Notes: generated by a model not told the origin, from the sequence alone. DNA of 64,000 bases from Muribaculaceae bacterium (GCA_017547845.1 JAFYNZ010000026.1:1594-65593), one strand, 5' to 3'. Shown: positions 38,992 to 48,805, counted from the first letter of the stretch. Numbers and translations: made by a program.

Positions 38992-41078
38992 TGACATATT
39001 CAATGCAACTTGCTCGACATCAGCAAGGTAAACAATTCAGGCGCACTTCCGAAGGCGGGCTTCTTCCGCAGTGTGAAGGCGATGTCGCACTGTGTCAGAA
39101 TCTTAGAGAACTTGTCGCCGGCGAGTTGATGGCGACAGGCGTGCCGACTCAGGTGGTGGAGAGTGGCGATAGTGTGGTCGGTGTCGATGTCAGAGGCGAG
39201 ATAACCACCATATTTGTTGTCACCAATGCAGGCGAACTGAAGATAGCCGGCACGCTCGACTATCGCAACGAGTTTACGGCATGCGGCGACATCATCGGTG
39301 AGCCACGACAAGGCATCAAGGGGTGTGCATCGGTCGGAGCGTTTGTGGCGTTTCTGCTCGACGACGGCAGTCTCTACTATCTGCTGTGGGACTATGACTT
39401 GCTGTGCTACAGGACGCTTGGAGCGTTGCCCGGCGTGCCCGATGTGACGATAGACACGGTCGACCGGACGGAGTTCACGACTACGGTCGAGGGGGTGACA
39501 TTCAAGGAGGCTGTGGCAGATATGCGTAGTGGCGTGCCGTCGGAAGTGACTGCTCAGGTCGGTAAAAAACTTGAGGAGGCATGGCAAAAGGTGGTCGAGC
39601 AGGCTCATGGTGCAGGATTGTGGGTGCAACCTGCGGAAGTGATGCTTGTCTATCGCATGTGGGACGGACAGATATTACACACGACTGCCCCCGCGACAGT
39701 CGGGGTGGGCTATCAAGGCTACGACCGTCTGTCGGTGCCATTGCGTTTTGATGCAACTCAAGGCTTTGTGGGCACATCTGATGTGTCTATGCGAGTGAAG
39801 GGCTATCGCATTTCGGTCAATGCCGAGCGGATAGCATCTCACTGGAGTGATGTGATAGCACAAGTAGAGGTATGGGTGAGCCGAGAGCAAGAGGTGGTCA
39901 TGGTCGGAGCGTTGCCGGCGATGAGTCAGACGCAGTCGGGTAGCAACTATTATCTATCGACATTCTTACCGACCTACCCTCAAGAGGATATGCAAGCAGG
40001 ACTGAGTTTCTGCGAGATGGGCCGACACTCGTTTTATGACTCGGATATGGCATTGCAGACTTCACTGACGAGGACCGGCAAAGTCACTTACAGTGCAGTG
40101 CGTCCTGTGGCGAGCAAACTGACTGAGAGGGTGGATTGTCTGCATGGCAGGGGCGACTTTCTGCATGTGGTCAAAGGATTGAGTCTGACGACAATGCGTC
40201 GCGGCAATCCGTTGTCGGTGATGTCGACGACGGAAAGTGTCGGTGGTAAGGTCTACGCTATGGCATCGCAGTGCATCGGTGGTGGTGCCTATACGCGTCA
40301 GTTTGTCTATCTGTTCACCGACCACGGCATCGTGGCATTGACACACAAGGCTGATGGCAGTCATGCCAATTGTCGTGTCATTTCGCCTGCCGTTGTCGCC
40401 GGTGCAGCACTGGTAGCGACCACATCGTCGGGGGTGTATGCTTTGTCGGTCGATGGGACGCTATTGTTGATTCGCGATGCCAAGGTCCACACCTTGCTCA
40501 CGGGACTCAGCGAGTGTCGACAACTTGGTTGGAACGCTTGTCTCAACGAGTTGTGGCTCGTGCCTGATGCCGATCCGGAATCGTGGCAAGTGTCGATAGT
40601 CTTGCAGATATATATGGACTATCGGGCATATCTGTCGACCATTATTCCGCAGAAGATAGTGTCGTCTGACGGCCTATTGCTATATGAGCAACGTGTCGGC
40701 GATAGAGTGCAACTGATGAATCTATCGGATGAAGATGTCGACCGAGCGCATCGACCGCAGTGTCGCTGGCTTTCATCAGTAGTGGAGTTTGATCGTCGTG
40801 AGCGACCGGTGAGACTTGATGTCGGACTTTCGGGCGACGATGTCTGTACGACAATCTCTGTGATACGCCATCAGGGGTGGTCAAGAGGCTCGGAGAGCGG
40901 CTTGCCCTTGATGACGGCTACAGTCGAGGGAAAAGTCTGTCGCCCGATAGCGTTGAGGGCATTGCCGGGTGCCAAATCGTTGGTGTCGTGCCGAGAGCCG
41001 CTGCGCTGTAGTGTGTCGGTTTGTGGACGCTTTGATTCGTTGATGGGGTTGCGATTTGATACGCGAGTATCGCCGTAG
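38988..41078 (+). CDS. Hypothetical beta-rich protein, possible tail nozzle/stabilisation protein
   Basis: 696 aa; ATGA overlap with the portal gene; EGDVALCQNLR start and propeller-like segments (FVYLFTDHGIVAL). Confidence 0.35.
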   Translation: MMTYSMQLARHQQGKQFRRTSEGGLLPQCEGDVALCQNLRELVAGELMATGVPTQVVESGDSVVGVDVRGEITTIFVVTNAGELKIAGTLDYRNEFTACGDIIGEPRQGIKGCASVGAFVAFLLDDGSLYYLLWDYDLLCYRTLGALPGVPDVTIDTVDRTEFTTTVEGVTFKEAVADMRSGVPSEVTAQVGKKLEEAWQKVVEQAHGAGLWVQPAEVMLVYRMWDGQILHTTAPATVGVGYQGYDRLSVPLRFDATQGFVGTSDVSMRVKGYRISVNAERIASHWSDVIAQVEVWVSREQEVVMVGALPAMSQTQSGSNYYLSTFLPTYPQEDMQAGLSFCEMGRHSFYDSDMALQTSLTRTGKVTYSAVRPVASKLTERVDCLHGRGDFLHVVKGLSLTTMRRGNPLSVMSTTESVGGKVYAMASQCIGGGAYTRQFVYLFTDHGIVALTHKADGSHANCRVISPAVVAGAALVATTSSGVYALSVDGTLLLIRDAKVHTLLTGLSECRQLGWNACLNELWLVPDADPESWQVSIVLQIYMDYRAYLSTIIPQKIVSSDGLLLYEQRVGDRVQLMNLSDEDVDRAHRPQCRWLSSVVEFDRRERPVRLDVGLSGDDVCTTISVIRHQGWSRGSESGLPLMTATVEGKVCRPIALRALPGAKSLVSCREPLRCSVSVCGRFDSLMGLRFDTRVSP

Positions 41079-41160
41079 TCAATGCAGAAAAACCGACAAA
41101 AAAGCGTAATATTAGCATTTATTAACAGATGAGTGCAAAAAGACGGCATTGCAAGCATCG

Positions 41161-41168
41161 TATCTTTG
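41161..41168 (+). promoter_or_regulatory. -7 element TATCTTTG
   Basis: Consensus match about 130 nt upstream of a small ORF. Confidence 0.55.
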
Positions 41169-41296
41169 CACTGTCAAACGATAGCAACGCTCTCAGACGA
41201 CTCAGGTTGAAGGAGACAGTCTCGACAAGAGTAGCGACCGGAACTTGCTTCGTCGGACACAATAGACGAATTTACAAACTTCTAAAATATAATCGT

Positions 41297-41389
41297 ATGA
41301 AAAAGCGTGTTCCATTCTCGTTGGTGTTGGTTTACCTCATGGGTGCCACAGTGTTGTTGCTCAATCTTAAGAACTATATTTTGTATTAA
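41297..41389 (+). CDS. 30-aa hydrophobic small protein
   Basis: MKKRVPFSLVLVYLMGATVLLLNLKNYILY; AT-rich translation leader, own promoter element and downstream hairpin. Confidence 0.45.
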   Translation: MKKRVPFSLVLVYLMGATVLLLNLKNYILY

Positions 41390-41446
41390 ATGGCTTAGTA
41401 CGATAGTATTGCTGATCTTAAGAAATGTAAGTAGTAATAGATGCGA

Positions 41447-41491
41447 AATCGTCGGTCAGTCAAGGATTAAAGTCTTGATTGTCCGACGATT
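41447..41491. terminator. Hairpin between convergent transcripts
   Basis: aatcgtcggtcagtcaagg...tcttgattgtccgacgatt. Confidence 0.7.
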
Positions 41492-41525
41492 AGTTGTTTT
41501 ATAATGCAATATCAGAGTACGGATA

Positions 41526-42407
41526 TCATCGCGCTCCCCAAAGCAATTTATTACGCAAAGTGGTAGCAAAATTGTCGTTGTTGCGACGCATTACGAGCAT
41601 CGGAAACTCCGCTTTGCGGATGGTGATTGTAGAGCCACAAGGCAGACTGTAGGAGCGTCCGTCGAGACTGATGCGATAGGTCTTGGCTCTGGAGACAGTG
41701 CACGCTTGAATGATAGCGTCGGAGTTGATGACCAGAGGACGCATTGTCAGTGAGTGAGGAGCCACAGGCAAGAGCACCCAGTTGTCGATAGTAGGGCGAA
41801 GGATAGGTCCGCCGACCGACATGTTGTAGCCGGTCGAGCCTGTCGGAGTAGAGACAAGCAGACCATCGGCAAGGTAGTCGGTGAGGAAGGAATTGTCGAC
41901 TTTGGTCTGCACCGTAATCATCGAAGCAGTGTCTTGCTTGAGGATGGCCACTTCGTTGAGGGCATACGGCCAGAAATCGTCGGGGATATAGGGTGCTTCG
42001 AGTCGAAGCATGGAGCGTTGCTCGATGGTGAGGTTGCGATCGGTGATGTCGTCGACGATCGACTTGGGGTCTTCGATATCGCACATTGAGAGAAAGCCGA
42101 GGTGTCCGGTATTAATGCCGAGAATCGGAATCTGTCGGTTGCCCACCCATTGGGCTGTGCGTAGGAATGTGCCGTCGCCACCGATGCTCAGAGCGGCTTC
42201 GGCTTCTGACGGAATCTCCATTGCACTAAGGCAAGACTCCGGGATGTCGATTTTGTCGAGAAGATACTTGTAGAGGTTGGGGTGAATGACTATCTGAAAA
42301 CCATTGTCTTGGAGGAGTCGGAGCAAGTCGGCGATTTTCGACAAGTATTGTTCTTGGCGACGGCTGCCGTAGATGGCTATTGTGCGAGGGGTGGAGTTTG
42401 GAGTCAT
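41526..42407 (-). CDS. nadK: NAD kinase
   Basis: GGDGTFL, GINTGHLGFL, ALNE, DGLLVSTPTGSTGYNMSVGGP. Confidence 0.95.
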   Translation of the reverse strand: MTPNSTPRTIAIYGSRRQEQYLSKIADLLRLLQDNGFQIVIHPNLYKYLLDKIDIPESCLSAMEIPSEAEAALSIGGDGTFLRTAQWVGNRQIPILGINTGHLGFLSMCDIEDPKSIVDDITDRNLTIEQRSMLRLEAPYIPDDFWPYALNEVAILKQDTASMITVQTKVDNSFLTDYLADGLLVSTPTGSTGYNMSVGGPILRPTIDNWVLLPVAPHSLTMRPLVINSDAIIQACTVSRAKTYRISLDGRSYSLPCGSTITIRKAEFPMLVMRRNNDNFATTLRNKLLWGAR

Positions 42408-42421
42408 AGGTAGATAGGGTG

Positions 42422-42961
42422 TTAAACGTTAAGAAACACAGCGAGTTGCGCGAGTCGCTCGGCGGCTATCTCTGCATCGACGCAATTGCGACTATGAGTC
42501 GACGTGACCTCGTAGCCGTGGCGCATCAATGATGCTGCGACAGCCGAAGGGTCGGTGTGTCGCACTCGCAGAGTCGCGACGATGTCGTCGTCTTGAGTAG
42601 GAGAAGTGAAGAGGTCAACCAGATGGGCATCGGCATCTTCCACGGCTCGAGCGATGTGAGACGCACTATAGTCCCGGTGGTGGCAACGGATAGTAATCAC
42701 CGAGCTGTCGTCACGCATCACGACCATTGACGCCAATCCATCAAGCAGCGATGCTCGGTCGATGTAACCGATAGTCGTCTGCCCATCAGCGACGGCAAGG
42801 ATTCCGGTGGGAGTGTCGTTGATTCTGCTGATTAATTCGATGATATGCGTGTCGGCATCAACGGTGCAGAAACTCGCTGATGTCGAGATGTCGCGGGGCG
42901 TATCTTGCTGAGATGTAGCCGAAATGCTCAGTGTAGGTGATAGTATATCCTTTGCTGTCAT
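42422..42961 (-). CDS. CBS-domain protein with ACT-like C-terminus (shortened)
   Basis: Degenerate CBS plus DYSASHIARAVEDADA...RHGYEV; usual neighbour of nadK in Bacteroidetes. Confidence 0.65.
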   Translation of the reverse strand: MTAKDILSPTLSISATSQQDTPRDISTSASFCTVDADTHIIELISRINDTPTGILAVADGQTTIGYIDRASLLDGLASMVVMRDDSSVITIRCHHRDYSASHIARAVEDADAHLVDLFTSPTQDDDIVATLRVRHTDPSAVAASLMRHGYEVTSTHSRNCVDAEIAAERLAQLAVFLNV

Positions 42962-43132
42962 AAAAAATCGTTGATAAAATAGGGTAAAATTGAAATATTT
43001 TATCTATTTTTGCACTCCAATAATCAAAGATTATAGAAGCGATAAACCAACCATCAGTCAAAGGTACAATATTTGTGCCATATTGCAAAATAAATGTGTG
43101 GAAATCGCGTGGTAAATGTAAATAAAAGATAA

Positions 43133-43855
43133 ATGATGACAAAATTAAGTGTAAATATCAATAAAGTGGCAACGCTCCGCAATGCGCGTGGCGAGAATAT
43201 GCCTGACGTTCAGAAATTTGCAGTCGACTGCGAGTCATTCGGCGCACAGGGCATCACTGTGCACCCTCGTCCCGACGAGCGACACATCACTCGTCAAGAT
43301 GTATTCAAGTTGCGTCCTATCGTGAAGACCGAATTCAACATCGAAGGCTATCCAAGCGAGGATTTCATGCAACTCGTGCTTCAAGTGAAGCCGGAGCAAG
43401 TGACTCTTGTGCCTGACAAGCCGGGCGACTTGACATCATCGGCCGGTTGGGACGTGATCAACAATATGGAGTTCTTGACAGGTATCGTCGACCGCTTGAA
43501 AGAGGCAGGTATTCGCTCATCGATCTTCGTAGGTGCTGATGCTGAGCAGATTAAGGCTGCTGCCAAAGCAGGTGCCGATCGTATCGAACTCTACACAAAG
43601 CCATACGTTGACAACTATGCTAAGGACCGCGATGCGGCTGTAGCACCATTCGTCGAAGCGTCTCAGGCTGCTCACAACGCCGGTCTCGGTGTCAATGCCG
43701 GTCACGACCTCAATCTCGAGAATCTTCGTTTCTTCTATCAGTCATTGCCTTACCTCAATGAGGTGTCGATCGGCCATGCCATCATCAGCGACGCCCTCTA
43801 CATGGGTATCGAAGCAACTGTAAAGGCTTATCGTGAATGTTTGAAAGAAGACTAA
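43133..43855 (+). CDS. pdxJ: Pyridoxine 5'-phosphate synthase
   Basis: [39 protein letters not shown]. Confidence 0.96.
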   Translation: MMTKLSVNINKVATLRNARGENMPDVQKFAVDCESFGAQGITVHPRPDERHITRQDVFKLRPIVKTEFNIEGYPSEDFMQLVLQVKPEQVTLVPDKPGDLTSSAGWDVINNMEFLTGIVDRLKEAGIRSSIFVGADAEQIKAAAKAGADRIELYTKPYVDNYAKDRDAAVAPFVEASQAAHNAGLGVNAGHDLNLENLRFFYQSLPYLNEVSIGHAIISDALYMGIEATVKAYRECLKED

Positions 43856-43883
43856 TCATAACGTATTAAAAAATAGTTGAACT

Positions 43884-44528
43884 ATGCCGACAACTGCCCC
43901 CGAACAAACCCTCTCGCTTTGGGACTTGACTCTCCAAGGTGGTGTGATAATGATTCCTCTCGCAGTGATGCTATTGGTGAGCATCTACATCCTTGTCGAA
44001 CGCTACATCGTAATCCGTCGTGCTTCGCAAGAAGATGCGACCTTTATGAAGCGTATCCGCGACTATATCCACGATGGCGAGATCGAGAGTGCGACAAAAT
44101 TGTGTAAGAAGACCGACACGCCTTACGCGCGTCTTATCCATAAAGGTATCACTCGCATCGGTCGTCCGATGAACGATGTGCTTGTGGCTATCGAAAACAC
44201 CGGCAACATCGAAGTCTCTGCCTTGGGCCGAGGCTTCACATGGCTGTCTACCACAGCGGCTGCTGCGCCGATGATTGGCTTCTTGGGCACAGTGACCGGT
44301 ATGATTGAGGCCTTCTTCGATATGTCGAAAGCAGGCACAGCATCTAATATCGCGGTGCTATCCGATGGTATCTATGAGGCATTGGTGACTACAGTTGCCG
44401 GTCTTATCGTCGGCATCGTGGCATTGTTTGCCTACAACTTCCTTGTCTCTCGTGTCAATCGCGTGATGAACAATCTCGAAGCGAAGACAATGGAGTTTAT
44501 GGACCTTCTTAACGAACCATCTGCTTAA
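43884..44528 (+). CDS. exbB: MotA/TolQ/ExbB proton channel
   Basis: APMIGFLGTVTGMI, EALVTTVAGL. Confidence 0.9.
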   Translation: MPTTAPEQTLSLWDLTLQGGVIMIPLAVMLLVSIYILVERYIVIRRASQEDATFMKRIRDYIHDGEIESATKLCKKTDTPYARLIHKGITRIGRPMNDVLVAIENTGNIEVSALGRGFTWLSTTAAAAPMIGFLGTVTGMIEAFFDMSKAGTASNIAVLSDGIYEALVTTVAGLIVGIVALFAYNFLVSRVNRVMNNLEAKTMEFMDLLNEPSA

Positions 44529-44545
44529 GATAAACCGTTTGCAAC

Positions 44546-45043
44546 ATGGCACTTAAGAAGCAATACTCATCACAAGCCGCATTCTCGATGTCGTCGATGA
44601 CCGACGTCATCTTCTTGTTGCTGATATTCTTCATGGTGACTTCGACGCTCATCAATCCTGCCGCTATCGAGGTCAATCTCCCACAAAGCAGCGAGCAGAC
44701 ATCGTTGAAGCCGGTGACCGAAGTCTACATGGACAGCCTCTACAATCTATATATGGTGGAAAACCGTCGCGACTCTGTGGCTGAAAAGAAGGAGCCGCGT
44801 CAAGTGTCGCAACAAGAGCTCGTCGCTGCGTTGACATTGATTCAGCAGCAAGACTCATTGCGAGCTGTGGCTCTCTATGCCGACACCAAAGTGGAGTATG
44901 GCAAAGTGATCGAAATACTTGACATGGCAGCACGCAGCAATCTCAAAATGGTGCTCGCCACTAAACCATCGCAGCAACTGCCTCAGACTGAGCAGTCGAC
45001 ACTGGTCGATGTGCCTGTCGTAGAGTTCCCGGCTGCAAATTAA
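44546..45043 (+). CDS. exbD: ExbD/TolR
   Basis: SMTDVIFLLLIFFMVTS, VNLP, LYAD. Confidence 0.9.
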   Translation: MALKKQYSSQAAFSMSSMTDVIFLLLIFFMVTSTLINPAAIEVNLPQSSEQTSLKPVTEVYMDSLYNLYMVENRRDSVAEKKEPRQVSQQELVAALTLIQQQDSLRAVALYADTKVEYGKVIEILDMAARSNLKMVLATKPSQQLPQTEQSTLVDVPVVEFPAAN

Positions 45044-45061
45044 TCCAAGCACGCAAAGTCG

Positions 45062-45814
45062 ATGAAGTTCACTATCTCTCGCGAAAGACTCATAGCCTTG
45101 GCGGTCACAGCAGTGGTCGCCCTCATGCTATTGCTATGGCTCATGGTGGCGACTCTCGGTCGTGACAAAGAAGCACTGACCAAGATGCAGCCACCGATAG
45201 AAGAGGAGCAAGAGATATTTATCGACCCGGAATTGCTGACTCTCGGCGAGCCTGACGCTGTGACCAAAGACAAGCCGGCTCCCGCACCATCGGGACAGCC
45301 CGAGCAGTCGGAAGCTCCGTCAGACAAATTGGTAGTGCCCGGCGAGAAAACCGAGCCTTCGCAATCGACAGAGAAACTGGTGTCGACCACTCATGAAAGC
45401 ACACTCCAGACCAAAGAGCCGACCAAGACCGAAGAGCCTGAGTCGAAGATAAACTCTACTATGAAAGACAAGTTCTCCCCTAAAAACGGTAAGACTGAAG
45501 GCAACGATGAGTCCGTAGGGGCAGGTGGGACAGGTAGCGGCGTGGCAGGTAGTGTCAACGGACGCTCATTCCTCGGTTGCTCATTGCCATCGGTCAGCGT
45601 CAACAAGGCAGTAACAATCTATGTGAGCATCACAGTCGACGAAAACGGCAAAGTGATAGAGGCACGATTTAAGAGCGACAAGGGCGCAGGCGCCGGCAAT
45701 CAGACACTGCGCAACGCCTGTGTCAAGGCTTCGTACAACGCTCGTTGGTCGGTCAAGAAAGGTGAGCCTCGCGCCACCGGCACAATCACCTGGAATCTCC
45801 GCCCCCGCTCCTGA
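45062..45814 (+). CDS. TonB-like energy transducer
   Basis: N-terminal TM, Pro/Glu/Lys linker, TonB_C-like ITVDENGKVIEA...GTITW; follows exbBD. Confidence 0.75.
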   Translation: MKFTISRERLIALAVTAVVALMLLLWLMVATLGRDKEALTKMQPPIEEEQEIFIDPELLTLGEPDAVTKDKPAPAPSGQPEQSEAPSDKLVVPGEKTEPSQSTEKLVSTTHESTLQTKEPTKTEEPESKINSTMKDKFSPKNGKTEGNDESVGAGGTGSGVAGSVNGRSFLGCSLPSVSVNKAVTIYVSITVDENGKVIEARFKSDKGAGAGNQTLRNACVKASYNARWSVKKGEPRATGTITWNLRPRS

Positions 45815-45856
45815 TTAATGGCGAGGGGCTAATGATAACAATTTACAGAACTGTTT

Positions 45857-48805
45857 ATGAAAACACTGTTTAGATTAAGACTAATAGTTTTGCTGTTGGT
45901 ATTGTGTTGTGTGTCAATTGCGGGAGCACAAAGCGGTATCAGCGTTAAGTCGTTTATGGAGTTGACGCAAGACCTCGACGCACGTGTAAGTTATCCTGAG
46001 TTGGACCAAAATGGTCATAAATGTGCGCTGGTCAAGGTCTATACTACGGAGAGCAATTTCTCGTTTGACAATGGATTGCTTGGAGTGACAAAGGTGATTC
46101 ATAAGCCGGATCTCTCTGAGTGGTGGGTATATCTGCCGGCAAAGACTATGAAGTTGAAGATAATGCATCCTCAACTCGGTCATCTAAAAGACAGTGAAGG
46201 AGGCTACTATTATTTCCCGTCTCCTCTAAAAGAAGCGACTTGCTATTACATGGAACTTACAACTGCCAAGGTGACGGTGGTTGTGGAGGAAGAGCGCAAG
46301 CAGACAGGTTTCTTAATTATAAATAGTCAACCGGAAGGAGCAGATATCTATCTGACTGAAGATGGGGTAGAGAATTATGCCGGTCAGACACCTTTTCAGA
46401 AGAAATTGACCTATGGAAGTTATAATTATCGCCTAAAGAAGTCGTTATATCACGACGAAGTGGGAGTAGCTGTAGTAGACAACACCAGAGTAGAGCAAAA
46501 GATCGTGTTGCGTCCGGCATTTGGCTCTCTTCGAATCACATCGACTCCGTCGGGTGCAAAAGCTTCACTTCAGAACGATCTTCGTTCCTACACCACTCCA
46601 TGCACCATTGAGCATATTCCGTCAGGACAACATCAAGTCAGCATAGTAGCCCCACGATATGCCTCGTTTTCTCGTGTCGTGGATATTATCGATGGTCAGC
46701 AGACAGAATTGGATGCCACGCTTGATGCTCGCTTTGCAACGGTGACTATCAATTCGCTTCCGGGTGCAACAATTAAGGTAAATGGACAAGAAAAGGGTCG
46801 TGGTAGTTATAGTGAAGAACTCGGAGAGGGTATATATGATATCGAGGTTTCTCTCAAAAGTCATCGTAGCGTAACGCGACAGATAGAGGTCGTGGCAAAG
46901 CAACCACAAACTCTCACTATTGAGCCGACGCCAATTTATGGCATGCTTGATATTATCACAAATCCAATGTATGCCAACGTGACAATCAATGGCAAGAGTT
47001 ATGGCGATACCCCATTAAGCATCGAAAAAATGCTCATTGGCGACTACGAAGTAGTACTCAGTAAGGCCGGTTATGCTTCAGTGACCAAGCGAGTTTCAAT
47101 CACCGAAGGCACTCAATCGACCATCGAAGCCACCTTGCCACAAGGACGCGAAATGACAATAAGCAGCGATGCTTCGGGCGATGATGTTATTGTAGATGGC
47201 ACAAAAGTAGGCGTGACGCCATTGACTACAAACCTCGCTTTCGGTAAGCATACTATAGAACTTCATCGTGCAGGTAAAACAACAAAGGCAGATGTAAATA
47301 TCACAACCTCCGGCAATGAGAAGGAGATAGTATTGGCATTTGGATTATTGATGCCTCGTTGGAGTGCTAATGTTACAGCATCGCAGAAAGCAGTCTTGCA
47401 AAAATTGATAGACAGCATGGTTAAGGTAGAAGGAGGTACATTCACAATGGGAGCAACTTCCGAGCAAGGTTGGGAAGCTGAGAGTGACGAGAAGCCTACA
47501 CACAACGTTACGCTCTCAGACTACATGATAGGTAAAACTGAGGTGACTCAGGAGTTGTGGCAAGCCGTAATGGGAAGTAACCCGTCTAATTTTATTGGAA
47601 ATCAGTTGCCTGTAGAGATGGTGTCATGGAATGATTGTCAGGAATTTATAAAGAAACTAAACTCACTGACGGGGTTGAATTTCCGACTACCGACTGAAGC
47701 AGAGTGGGAGTATGCGGCTCGTGGTGGTAATAAAAGTAAAGGCTATAAATACTCGGGAAGCAACGATGTCAATAGCGTGGCATGGTATGATAGCTATTTA
47801 TCATCAATGACACACACTGTTGCGACTAAGTCTGCAAACGAATTGGGACTCTATGATATGAGTGGCAATGTATGGGAATGGTGCAGTGATAGGTATGGAG
47901 ATTACAGCAGTGGCTCGCAGACAAATCCTAAGGGACCAACTTGGGACTCTCACCGCGTGAGCCGTGGCGGTAGTTGGTTCGACGGCGCGAGGGACTGCCG
48001 GGTGTCGTGTCGCAACAGCGACTACCCAGACGACAGGTACATCACCCATGGGCTGCGCCTTGCCCTCGCTGAAGGAGAAGAACCGGAGACACCGGATGAG
48101 CCGGAGTTTGAATACAAGACATACACAGTCAATGGCGTATCGTTTGATATGGTGTCGGTTGCAGGAGGAACATTCACAATGGGAGCGACCTCGGAGCAAT
48201 GTTGGGATGCTGAAAGTAAAGAAAAACCTGCACACCAAGTTACGCTTTCGGACTACATGATATGCAAGACAGAAGTGACGCAAGAGTTGTGGCAAGCTGT
48301 GATGGGTAAAAATCGATCAAGATTTAAGGGTGATAATTTGCCTGTGGAAAATGTGTCATGGAATGATTGTCAGAAGTTTATAAAGAAATTAAACAAACTC
48401 ACAGGCTTGAATTTCCGACTACCAACTGAAGCAGAGTGGGAGTATGCAGCACGTGGTGGCAACAAGAGCAAAGGCTATACATACTCAGGAAGCTATGACA
48501 TTGATAGCGTAGCATGGTACACATTTACTACTAATGATAGTGGAACAAAACCGGTAGCAACTAAAGCTCCAAACGAGTTGGGATTATATGATATGAGTGG
48601 TAATGTATATGAGTGGTGTAGCGATTGGTATGGCGATTATAGCAGTGACTCGCAGACCAATCCCCAAGGACCAACTTCGGGCTCTTACCGCGTGTGCCGT
48701 GGCGGTAGTTGGCGCTACTACCAGAGGCGCTGCCGAGTGTCGTTTCGCGACTACTACAGCCCAGGCCTTAGGTACGAAGGCTTGGGGCTGCGCCTTGCCC
48801 TATAG
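45857..48805 (+). CDS. Secreted PEGA-repeat protein with two FGE-sulfatase/CLec-fold domains; probable DGR target
   Basis: Signal peptide; PEGA repeats (INSQPEGA, ITSTPSGA, ITNPMYANV); two copies of GGTFTMG..TEVTQELW..RLPTEAEWEYAARGG..NELGLYDMSGNV..RGGSW..GLRLAL. Confidence 0.9.
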   Translation: MKTLFRLRLIVLLLVLCCVSIAGAQSGISVKSFMELTQDLDARVSYPELDQNGHKCALVKVYTTESNFSFDNGLLGVTKVIHKPDLSEWWVYLPAKTMKLKIMHPQLGHLKDSEGGYYYFPSPLKEATCYYMELTTAKVTVVVEEERKQTGFLIINSQPEGADIYLTEDGVENYAGQTPFQKKLTYGSYNYRLKKSLYHDEVGVAVVDNTRVEQKIVLRPAFGSLRITSTPSGAKASLQNDLRSYTTPCTIEHIPSGQHQVSIVAPRYASFSRVVDIIDGQQTELDATLDARFATVTINSLPGATIKVNGQEKGRGSYSEELGEGIYDIEVSLKSHRSVTRQIEVVAKQPQTLTIEPTPIYGMLDIITNPMYANVTINGKSYGDTPLSIEKMLIGDYEVVLSKAGYASVTKRVSITEGTQSTIEATLPQGREMTISSDASGDDVIVDGTKVGVTPLTTNLAFGKHTIELHRAGKTTKADVNITTSGNEKEIVLAFGLLMPRWSANVTASQKAVLQKLIDSMVKVEGGTFTMGATSEQGWEAESDEKPTHNVTLSDYMIGKTEVTQELWQAVMGSNPSNFIGNQLPVEMVSWNDCQEFIKKLNSLTGLNFRLPTEAEWEYAARGGNKSKGYKYSGSNDVNSVAWYDSYLSSMTHTVATKSANELGLYDMSGNVWEWCSDRYGDYSSGSQTNPKGPTWDSHRVSRGGSWFDGARDCRVSCRNSDYPDDRYITHGLRLALAEGEEPETPDEPEFEYKTYTVNGVSFDMVSVAGGTFTMGATSEQCWDAESKEKPAHQVTLSDYMICKTEVTQELWQAVMGKNRSRFKGDNLPVENVSWNDCQKFIKKLNKLTGLNFRLPTEAEWEYAARGGNKSKGYTYSGSYDIDSVAWYTFTTNDSGTKPVATKAPNELGLYDMSGNVYEWCSDWYGDYSSDSQTNPQGPTSGSYRVCRGGSWRYYQRRCRVSFRDYYSPGLRYEGLGLRLAL
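47945..48067 (+). repeat. Putative DGR variable region 1 (internal)
   Basis: 123-nt copy related to 48680-48802; differences concentrated at codon positions 1-2 of NNC codons. Confidence 0.75.
48680..48802 (+). repeat. Putative DGR variable region 2 (C-terminal)
   Basis: Same pattern as VR1; ends at the stop codon with shared ggg ctg cgc ctt gcc ct. Confidence 0.75.

Larger units (their letters stand above)
34606..41078 (+). mobile_element. Phage-derived head/lysis gene module (cryptic prophage or domesticated GTA-like cluster)
   Basis: Six co-oriented ORFs including capsid- and portal-like proteins; no integrase, terminase or replication genes. Confidence 0.7.

Noticed and set aside
34275-41525. 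att sites or an integrase bounding the phage-like module
   Set aside because: No flanking direct repeat, tRNA or recombinase was seen by eye, so it was not called an intact prophage.
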